Below the pieces are notes generated by a model, which saw only the letters and a program-made list of their open reading frames with translations, had not been told where the DNA came from and did no database searches. From positions 69,774 to 133,773 of the forward strand of contig PWXV01000336.1 of assembly GCA_003568415.1 (NCBI GenBank): DNA of 64,000 nt, given 5' to 3'. Source of the DNA: Ignavibacteriales bacterium (GTDB lineage Bacteria > Bacteroidota > Ignavibacteria > T3Sed10-11). Positions 38,936-46,608 of this stretch are shown here, in pieces. The translations under genes were made by a program, and so were the position numbers. How positions within the stretch are numbered: position 1 is the first letter of the stretch; each line of letters starts with the position of its first letter.

Positions 38936-41386
38936 TTATTGAAATTTATATTTTTTCAATCGTAATGAATTACTTAAAACAGAGACCGAACTCATAGCCA
39001 TAGCAAACGCTGCAAACATCGGATTCAGCAGTCCAAACGCAGCAAGTGGAATTCCCGTTGTGTTGTAAATAAACGCCCAGAACAGATTCTGCTTTATTGT
39101 TTTGAAAGTCCTTCTTGAAATTGCAATTGCATTAACCACACCCTGTAGATCACCTTTCATCAATGTGATATCCGATGCTTCCATCGCAATATCTGTTCCG
39201 CTGCCGATTGCTATTCCGAGATCTGCCTGTGCAAGAGCAGGCGCATCATTAATACCATCACCAACCATTGAGACTATTTTTCCATTGTCCTGATAGGATC
39301 GAACAATGGATGCTTTTTGATCCGGCATTACTTCTGATTTAAAATCATCGATGCCAACTTCGTGGGCAATAGCTTGAGCTGTTGTTTCGTTGTCTCCGGT
39401 GAGCATGATAATTTCGAGTCCCATTTGTTGTAGCTGGTGTACTGCATTTTTTGAATTATCCTTTATAACATCGGCAATGCCAATGACGCCAGCTATTTTG
39501 CCGTTGATAACACTATAGATTACTGTTTTTCCTTGTGATTGCAATCCTGCGGCAATATTTTCAGCATCGCCGAGCTTGATGGATTTTGAGGCAAGGAATG
39601 CCGGGCTGCCGACTATGATTTCGGTTCCGGCGACCGTGCCTGAGACACCAAGTCCCGTATGAGAATCGAATGTATCCGGCTCTATAAGATCACCATATTT
39701 TTCTTTTGCAAAACGAACGACTGCATCGGCAAGCGGATGTTCCGATTTATTTTCGATCGATGCAGTGAGTTGTAGTACATTATTTTCCGTATCGGAATTA
39801 TCAAGCATTTTAAAATCCGTGACGATAGGTTTACCGATTGTAATGGTTCCGGTTTTATCAAAAATTACCGTGTGAATCGCTTTGGCTTTTTCCAGTGCTT
39901 CGCTGTTCTTGATGAGGATTCCCATCTCGGCGCCTTTTCCTGTTCCCACCATGATCGCTGTTGGCGTAGCAAGACCAAGTGCACACGGACAAGCGATTAT
40001 CAATACGGCAACAAAGTTTAACAACGCAACGGTTAACCGGGCATCTCCGGAACCGGTAAAATACCAGCCGACAAACGATGCGATTGCGATGATGATGACT
40101 ATCGGTACAAAAACTGATGCAACTTTGTCGACAAGTTTTTGTACCGGTGCTTTGGAGGCCTGAGCATCCTGAACCAGTTTGATGATTTGTGCGAGTACGC
40201 TATCCTTACCGACTTTCGTGGCTTTATAGGTGAAACTACCGCTGTTGTTAATTGTCCCGCCGATCACATTTTCACCGGCCGATTTTTCGACCGGTATTGA
40301 CTCACCGGTTATCATTGACTCATCAACCGATGAGTAGCCCGTCTGGATAATTCCATCGACCGGAATTTTTTCACCCGGTTTTACGATAACATAATCGCCC
40401 ATTTGAACCTGAGCTATCGGAATATCTTTTTCATTTCCGTTTCGTATGACGCGGGCACTTTTGGGTTGTAATCCAATTAATTTCTTAATTGCTTCGGAAG
40501 TCCTTCCTTTGGCGCGGGCTTCAAGCAAACGTCCGAGCAGTATGAGTGTGATAATCACTGCCGCTGTATCGTAATATACGTGCGGTGTCTCACCTGCAGC
40601 GGCGAAAACCGCCGGAAAGAACGTCGCTGTGGCACTATAAAAATATGCTGCCGATGTTCCGATTGCGACGAGTGAATTCATATCTGCTGTAAATTGTTTC
40701 GTCGCGGCCCAGAATCCTGCAAAAAATCTGCTTCCGCCCCAGAACAAAACAGGTGTTGTGAGGACAAAAAATATGTAATTCCACGTTTGATGTGATAATG
40801 AATGAATGAGCGGAACGTTATCCCACATTAATCCCATTTCAAAAACGGTTATCGGTACAGTCAGCAGTGCACTTACGATCAATTTGAATTTCAGGGTGGA
40901 ATAATCTTTGTCACGCTGTGTATCCCGGTCGGTTGTATCCTGTACATTCGACAGAGAATAGCCGGCTTGTTCAATAGCATTTTTAATTGCTTCTTCAGAT
41001 ACGTGACCCGGTTTGTACCGGATAACTGCGTCCTCGGTTGCAAGATTTATCGAAGCCTCGGATATACCATCAAGCGATTTTAATGCTTTCTCAACCCGTG
41101 CAACACAGCTTGCACACGTCATACCCTCAATACCGATTGTCGATTCTTCGATCGGTACCTCATAGCCCGCCGCAACGATTGCCTGTTCCAAAGCATCGAA
41201 GGGAACCTTCTCCGGATCGAGATCTACCGCAGCAGATTCGGTTGCAAGATTAACCGAAGCCGACGTGACTCCATCTATTCGCTCGAGGGCATCCTGTACA
41301 CGTTTAACGCAGCTCGCGCACGTCATGCCGGTCACGGGAATATTAATTTTTGTGGTTTTTTCTTCTATCATAGTCGATCGTATCAT
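38936..41386 (-). CDS. copA: Cu(I)-translocating P1B-1 ATPase
   Basis: Two GMTCASC domains, TGES, CPC, DKTGT, HP, GDGIND, YN and MAMSS motifs; alternative start at 41371. Confidence 0.96.
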   Translation of the reverse strand: MIRSTMIEEKTTKINIPVTGMTCASCVKRVQDALERIDGVTSASVNLATESAAVDLDPEKVPFDALEQAIVAAGYEVPIEESTIGIEGMTCASCVARVEKALKSLDGISEASINLATEDAVIRYKPGHVSEEAIKNAIEQAGYSLSNVQDTTDRDTQRDKDYSTLKFKLIVSALLTVPITVFEMGLMWDNVPLIHSLSHQTWNYIFFVLTTPVLFWGGSRFFAGFWAATKQFTADMNSLVAIGTSAAYFYSATATFFPAVFAAAGETPHVYYDTAAVIITLILLGRLLEARAKGRTSEAIKKLIGLQPKSARVIRNGNEKDIPIAQVQMGDYVIVKPGEKIPVDGIIQTGYSSVDESMITGESIPVEKSAGENVIGGTINNSGSFTYKATKVGKDSVLAQIIKLVQDAQASKAPVQKLVDKVASVFVPIVIIIAIASFVGWYFTGSGDARLTVALLNFVAVLIIACPCALGLATPTAIMVGTGKGAEMGILIKNSEALEKAKAIHTVIFDKTGTITIGKPIVTDFKMLDNSDTENNVLQLTASIENKSEHPLADAVVRFAKEKYGDLIEPDTFDSHTGLGVSGTVAGTEIIVGSPAFLASKSIKLGDAENIAAGLQSQGKTVIYSVINGKIAGVIGIADVIKDNSKNAVHQLQQMGLEIIMLTGDNETTAQAIAHEVGIDDFKSEVMPDQKASIVRSYQDNGKIVSMVGDGINDAPALAQADLGIAIGSGTDIAMEASDITLMKGDLQGVVNAIAISRRTFKTIKQNLFWAFIYNTTGIPLAAFGLLNPMFAAFAMAMSSVSVLSNSLRLKKYKFQ

Positions 41387-41405
41387 GTAGTAAGAACATA
41401 TTACA

Positions 41406-41463
41406 AATATAGCATATTTTAAATGTATGTGCGTTATAAATAAACAGATTTTTTGTACAAAAT
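41406..41463 (-). promoter_or_regulatory. putative activator-dependent copA promoter with imperfect direct repeats
   Basis: Minus strand: TGc-TATATT extended -10 (41414-41406), poor -35, ATTTTGTAC/ATTTATAAC repeats 22 bp apart abutting the -35 position. Confidence 0.4.
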
Positions 41464-41465
41464 TT

Positions 41466-42044
41466 TCAGGTGAGCTTATCGATGGTTTTTCTCGGATTCC
41501 CGACTATTTTCTTGAATTGAGTCGGTGAGAGACCCGTGACTTGTTTAAATTGATTTGAGAGGTGCTGTGTGCTGCTATAATGAAGGCGGTGTGCTATTTC
41601 ACTCAGAGTGAGTTCCTCATATTTAAGCAGTTCTTTTACACGTTCAATTTTCTGTAAAATAACATACTTTTCAATGGTAATGTTCTCTACCGATGAAAAC
41701 AATGTGCTGAGATAGTTATAATCCATACCCAATGTGCGGGATAAATAGGACGACAGCGTGAGGCGACGTGCTTCATTACCCTTCTCGTTATTATAAATTA
41801 AATCTATAACTGCAATCTTAATTTTTTCGACGATTTTCCGCTTTTGATCTTCGAGAAGTTCAAATCCGTTAGCTTCCATTACCGTTCTGATCTTTTCGAG
41901 GAGATCGGGTGTAAGCGCTTCCTCGATTTCCGCCTCGCCAAGATCAACCCGTTTTATCTTCACGTTTAGATTTTCCAATTCATCACGAACAACCCGGATA
42001 CATCTCGGACAAACCATATTTTTGATGTATAGATGAGTTGCCAT
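41466..42044 (-). CDS. AraC family regulator with N-terminal HMA-like CxxC domain
   Basis: IKNMVCPRC; C-terminal double HTH (YLSTLFS..E.ITIEKY; [26 protein letters not shown]). Confidence 0.9.
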   Translation of the reverse strand: MATHLYIKNMVCPRCIRVVRDELENLNVKIKRVDLGEAEIEEALTPDLLEKIRTVMEANGFELLEDQKRKIVEKIKIAVIDLIYNNEKGNEARRLTLSSYLSRTLGMDYNYLSTLFSSVENITIEKYVILQKIERVKELLKYEELTLSEIAHRLHYSSTQHLSNQFKQVTGLSPTQFKKIVGNPRKTIDKLT

Positions 42045-42052
42045 ATCCTCCG

Positions 42053-42502
42053 TTAAAGTTTGTTAATCAGTGTATCGTTTATCTCCATCGCTGATCGCAA
42101 ATTACGATTAATACGAATTGATAGAACACGAATTCGCTGAATATTTGTTGTCTCGCTATCCAATTCCTCCCGAATCGAACTCACCATAGGTTTTGTGTCA
42201 TCACAGAGTGTTGATAGCTCTTCCATTTCTCGTGCAACGCGTGCTTTTTGGGTGGATGTGAGAAGCGTTTCTATCTCTCTGAGCATATACTCCATTTCAC
42301 GTAAGTTAGTATGTATCATTCCGTGGTGTGCTCGCGCAACTGCCTCGTTGTAATCATTATTATCGATCATTTGCTGAATCATATATGCATGACCACGTAC
42401 AAGACGGCATTTTTCATTAAGTTCACCGATTTTATCAATGACCTGAGAGTTGGCAGGAAGAATCAGAAGGCACGTCAATAGTATATAGAATATGGTTTTC
42501 AT
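42053..42502 (-). CDS. hypothetical secreted helical protein, His/Met/Cys-rich
   Basis: AAGGAGG RBS, Sec signal peptide, amphipathic helices; 8 bp upstream of the AraC gene. Confidence 0.75.
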   Translation of the reverse strand: MKTIFYILLTCLLILPANSQVIDKIGELNEKCRLVRGHAYMIQQMIDNNDYNEAVARAHHGMIHTNLREMEYMLREIETLLTSTQKARVAREMEELSTLCDDTKPMVSSIREELDSETTNIQRIRVLSIRINRNLRSAMEINDTLINKL

Positions 42503-42543
42503 AGGTATACCCTCCTTAAATAATCGGATCGGCTTCTTATAGA

Positions 42544-42572
42544 AATATATATTGTAATTTATTAAAAAACAA
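42544..42572 (-). promoter_or_regulatory. putative promoter for the secreted protein-AraC operon
   Basis: Minus strand TTGTTT-17 bp-TATATT. Confidence 0.4.
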
Positions 42573-42604
42573 ACACCTATAGCGTAAAAGCCCGCGAATT
42601 TATA

Positions 42605-42633
42605 TTGATTATGCAGATTATTATTTGTATCTT
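42605..42633 (+). promoter_or_regulatory. putative ffs promoter
   Basis: TTGATT-17 bp-TATCTT just upstream of the SRP RNA. Confidence 0.55.
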
Positions 42634-42644
42634 ACTCTGATATT

Positions 42645-42749
42645 GAGAGGTCAAGTACTGTGCAACGATAACTTGCCGAACCCCGCCAGGCCCGGAAGGG
42701 AGCAACGGTAGGCAATGATTATTGTGTGACACAGTGAGCTTGACCTCTC
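42645..42749 (+). ncRNA. ffs: signal recognition particle RNA (4.5S, small SRP)
   Basis: Domain IV CAGGCCCGGAAGGGAGCA with GGAA tetraloop; closing helix GAGAGGTCAAG/CTTGACCTCTC. Confidence 0.95.
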
Positions 42750-42771
42750 TATTTTATATTTAAAATTTTAC

Positions 42772-42800
42772 TTGAAACAAACCTTGAAATATATTACATT
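42772..42800 (+). promoter_or_regulatory. putative promoter for the RNase E/G operon
   Basis: TTGAAA-17 bp-TACATT, about 225 nt upstream of ATG 43026. Confidence 0.5.
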
Positions 42801-43025
42801 GTAATCAATTATACTAACTAGGTTTGGGACTTAAAAAAGTTTTGATGGACATTACATACCAAAAATATCTTATAAAATTAATTGTATTCCTCGACCGCTG
42901 GATATCCACGTATTTACTTATGACACCTGAATCTTATTACGAATACCCTGATGTGGTACCGGCGGGCGGATCAAAATTATATACTTACAAATGTATGCCT
43001 GAATGGGCAAAGGATTTTTATAATA

Positions 43026-44672
43026 ATGAAAAAGGAAATTATTTTAAATGCGACTGCCAACGAGACGCGCATCGCAATTACCGAGGATGGCCGTTTGGCA
43101 GAGTTGTTTGTCGATACCCCGGAAACCGAACGTATGGTCGGGGATATATATCTGGGCAAAGTTGCACGTGTTTTACCAGGTATCAGAGCGGCTTTTATAG
43201 ATATCGGCCATAAGCAGGATGCTTTTCTGCATTTTTCCGATATCGGGAAAAATGTTGATCAATACGCTACACTGTTTGAAGACGAAGATGCAGACATAGA
43301 TTCTGATGACGATGATGACGACGATGAAGTAGACGATAACCCGAGAAACTCAGGTACTGCAACGGCAGAATCTACCCGTACAGTTCGGCGTGGATTTCGG
43401 AGGAAGAAGCAACCCCAGGATCGCTCTGCAGATTCGCAGCCTGATATTAACCTGAAAAAAGGCCAGGATATAATCATACAGATTATCAAAGAACCTGTTG
43501 CTAACAAAGGTGTGCGGGTCAGTTCAGAAGTATCTTTACCCGGTAGATATCTGGTATTAATTCCATTCGGAGGCGGTAAAGTTGGTGTTTCCCGGAAAAT
43601 TACTAACTTCCGCGAAAAGCGCCGTTTACGACGTATTGTACGTTCAATCATGCCAAAAAATTACGGTGCCATAATCCGCACCGTTGCTGAAGGGCGGGAT
43701 GAGGAAGCGATTAAAAATGACCTTGAAGACTTGCTTGAGACCTGGGGAGAGATCGAGCAAAGTGTAAAAACCGAATCCGCACCGATGCTGCTGTATAAAG
43801 ATGTAAGCACAACTTCAAGTGTGATCCGGGATCTCTTTCAAAGTGATGTTTCCCGTGTGGTTGTTGATTCGAAAAAACTCTACCGTGAAATCCGCACCTA
43901 TGTAAAATGGTTTGCACCACATATGGCAGATAAGGTTGAGTTGTACCGCGGGAGAGAACCGGTGTTTGATGTTTTTGGTGTTGAAAAAGAAATTGCCAAA
44001 TCGTTACAACGAAAGGTATGGTTGAAAAGCGGCGGCTATATTATCATCGAACCTACCGAAGCGATGGTCGTAATCGATGTGAATAGCGGCCGATACGCTG
44101 CAAATCAGGCGCAGGAATTGAACTCATTACGGACGAACCTGGAAGCAGCACGTGAAATTGCCCGGCAGATCAGATTGCGGGATATCGGCGGTATCATCGT
44201 TATAGACTGCATCGATCTCGAAGATGAAAAGAATCAGAAAAAAGTCTATGATGAATTCAAGAAGGAATTACGGAAAGACAGGGCCAAAGGAACGGTTTAT
44301 CCGATGACAGAACTGGCGCTTGTTCAAATTACAAGACAGCGGATCAGGCAAAATATTTTACATAGCTTCGCAGAAGCCTGCCCGACGTGTGGAGGCGGCG
44401 GTCTTGTCGCTTCTAAATCTTCAATTGTCAATCGTGTAGAACGCTGGCTGAGAAGAATGGTCACCGATAACAAAGAATTTAAATGGACGCTTTACGTGAG
44501 TCCGATCCTTGCAGATTATCTCAATGACGGATTCTTGAGCCGCCTTTTCAGATTGCAACTAAAATATCGTGTGAGACTGGTTCTGCAACCCGATTCAAAT
44601 CTTTCTATTGATGAATTTCGATTCATTTCACACAAACAAAAGAAAGACCTAACCGATAATTACACAGAATAA
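43026..44672 (+). CDS. rng: ribonuclease E/G family (Rne/Rng)
   Basis: MKKEIILN start, GDIYLGKV..V.PGIRAAFIDIG, IDVNSG, RLRDIGGIIVID, CPTC Zn-link; no C-terminal scaffold region. Confidence 0.92.
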   Translation: MKKEIILNATANETRIAITEDGRLAELFVDTPETERMVGDIYLGKVARVLPGIRAAFIDIGHKQDAFLHFSDIGKNVDQYATLFEDEDADIDSDDDDDDDEVDDNPRNSGTATAESTRTVRRGFRRKKQPQDRSADSQPDINLKKGQDIIIQIIKEPVANKGVRVSSEVSLPGRYLVLIPFGGGKVGVSRKITNFREKRRLRRIVRSIMPKNYGAIIRTVAEGRDEEAIKNDLEDLLETWGEIEQSVKTESAPMLLYKDVSTTSSVIRDLFQSDVSRVVVDSKKLYREIRTYVKWFAPHMADKVELYRGREPVFDVFGVEKEIAKSLQRKVWLKSGGYIIIEPTEAMVVIDVNSGRYAANQAQELNSLRTNLEAAREIARQIRLRDIGGIIVIDCIDLEDEKNQKKVYDEFKKELRKDRAKGTVYPMTELALVQITRQRIRQNILHSFAEACPTCGGGGLVASKSSIVNRVERWLRRMVTDNKEFKWTLYVSPILADYLNDGFLSRLFRLQLKYRVRLVLQPDSNLSIDEFRFISHKQKKDLTDNYTE

Positions 44673-44681
44673 GTATTCACT

Positions 44682-45785
44682 ATGGAGAAAACACCTTTTT
44701 ACGACGTACATACCGCTTTGGGTGCAAAGATAGTAGATTTCGGCGGGTATGCTATGCCTGTACAATATACCGGTATCATTGATGAACACAATCGTGTACG
44801 CAATCGTGTGGGAATGTTTGATGTGTCGCATATGGGTGAAGTAGAAGTGAGTGGTGAACGGGCGAAAGAATTTGTTCAGTATATTACCCTGAATGATGTC
44901 AATAAACTCTACGAAGGGCGGGCACAATATTCGGCGATGACATACGATGACGGCGGATTAATTGACGATCTCCTTGTCTACCATCTCGGTGATAAATATA
45001 TGCTCGTCATTAATGCGGCAAACAGGGATAAAGACGTTTCCTGGATTGAAAAACAAGCCGCATCGTTTGACAGTGTTTCGGTTAATGACAAAAGCGATTC
45101 TATTGCATTAATTGCCGTTCAAGGGCCGAAGTCAGGTGATGTTTTACAACGACTTACCGATGTTGACCTTTCAGGAATAAAGTTTTATCATTTCGAATCC
45201 GGGAAGTTAGCCGGCATCGATATGATCATTTCTCGCACCGGTTACACCGGTGAATATGGTTTCGAATTGTACTACCATGCCACACAAGCAGATAATGCTT
45301 CAGTCTGGAATGCGATCCAGGAAGCGGGTAAACCGGAAGATATCGGACCAGCCGGTTTAGGTGCACGCGATACCCTCCGGCTCGAAATGGGATTATTGCT
45401 TTACGGAAATGATATGAACGAACAAATATCGCCTCTTGAAGCGGGACTCGGGTGGATTACCAAATTTGATAAGGGAGACTTTATCGGTAAGGATGCGCTA
45501 CTTGCGCTCAAAGAAAAAGGTATACAACGTAAAATAACGGGCTTAAAGATAGTCGATGCGAAATTATCACGTCGGGCTATACCCCGAAAGGGATATCCTA
45601 TTATGGCAAATGGGAAGCAGATCGGTGAAGTGACAAGCGGTACATTGTCTCCGACATTACAGGCATGTATTGCAATGGGATATATTGATCGTGACTTTGC
45701 CGAGGAGGGAAGAGAAGTTGCTATTTCGGTTCGCGGAAATAATGTGGCATATGTCGTAACAAAACCGCCATTCATTCGTCGATAG
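44682..45785 (+). CDS. gcvT: glycine cleavage aminomethyltransferase
   Basis: FDVSHMGE, SRTGYTGEYGFE, GLGARDTLRLEMG. Confidence 0.97.
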   Translation: MEKTPFYDVHTALGAKIVDFGGYAMPVQYTGIIDEHNRVRNRVGMFDVSHMGEVEVSGERAKEFVQYITLNDVNKLYEGRAQYSAMTYDDGGLIDDLLVYHLGDKYMLVINAANRDKDVSWIEKQAASFDSVSVNDKSDSIALIAVQGPKSGDVLQRLTDVDLSGIKFYHFESGKLAGIDMIISRTGYTGEYGFELYYHATQADNASVWNAIQEAGKPEDIGPAGLGARDTLRLEMGLLLYGNDMNEQISPLEAGLGWITKFDKGDFIGKDALLALKEKGIQRKITGLKIVDAKLSRRAIPRKGYPIMANGKQIGEVTSGTLSPTLQACIAMGYIDRDFAEEGREVAISVRGNNVAYVVTKPPFIRR

Positions 45786-45807
45786 TTAATAGAAGGGGAT
45801 ACTGAAG

Positions 45808-46560
45808 ATGCACATAGATTTACTTATGACACCAACCGGCACGAGTGAGTTGTTCTTTCGTGACAAGAATGTTGTAGTGATCGATGTCTTACGCGCAAGC
45901 ACATCGATTATAACAGCACTGAATAATGGGGCTCGTGAAGTTATTCCGGTTGCAAGTGTGGAAAACGCTGTTAAGGTGTCAGGTAGTTTGTTCGGTGATG
46001 TCGTACTCCGGTGTGGAGAACGCGAAGGGAAAATTATCCCCGGTTTTAATCTGGGGAATTCGCCTTTTGAATATACCCCCGACGCGGTAGCAAAAAAATC
46101 TTTAATTTTTACCAGTACAAATGGTTCGTTAGCAATGGTGAAGGCAAAATTTGCCAGGCGTATTGTGGTTGCAGCTTTTATAAACATTAGCACCGTTGTT
46201 AATTATCTGATGAAACTAAACGAGGACTTCGTAATCGTGTGTGCCGGCAAGGAACATAATTTCTGCATCGAAGATGTTGTGTGTGGCGGTATGGTAATTG
46301 ATATGCTCAAAAAAAATGAAATTGAAATAACACAAACCGATGCATCCCAGGCTGCACAGATTTTGTATAAGTCGTTTAAACGTTCATTACATAAAATGCT
46401 CCGGAATTCAGACCATGGCAAGTATCTTATTTCTATAGGATTTGAAAAAGATCTGAAAGTGTGCGCTGAAGTTGATAGTATCGAAGTGCTGCCAATACTT
46501 GATAAAGGTGTTGTGAAATTAATGAAAGATGAAGTCGCATTACAGGAGAAATCGGCCTAA
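45808..46560 (+). CDS. comB: 2-phosphosulfolactate phosphatase family
   Basis: VVIDVLRASTSI, CGEREG, FNLGNSP, TSTNGS, EDVVCGG. Confidence 0.88.
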   Translation: MHIDLLMTPTGTSELFFRDKNVVVIDVLRASTSIITALNNGAREVIPVASVENAVKVSGSLFGDVVLRCGEREGKIIPGFNLGNSPFEYTPDAVAKKSLIFTSTNGSLAMVKAKFARRIVVAAFINISTVVNYLMKLNEDFVIVCAGKEHNFCIEDVVCGGMVIDMLKKNEIEITQTDASQAAQILYKSFKRSLHKMLRNSDHGKYLISIGFEKDLKVCAEVDSIEVLPILDKGVVKLMKDEVALQEKSA

Positions 46561-46608
46561 ACTTCTTAGGTAACATGTCATAGCTACGAGGATAGTAGGT
46601 CAGAAAGT

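Noticed and set aside
36206-42749. Integrative element with ffs as attachment site
   Set aside because: No integrase or transposase and no duplicated ffs fragment seen at the other end
42824-43213. 129-aa + strand ORF in the RNase E/G leader
   Set aside because: No RBS, overlaps the RNase gene out of frame, no motifs; a uORF role cannot be fully excluded
43300-43337. GAT/GAC trinucleotide run as a contingency repeat
   Set aside because: Mixed codons encoding poly-Asp in frame; not a phase-variation tract
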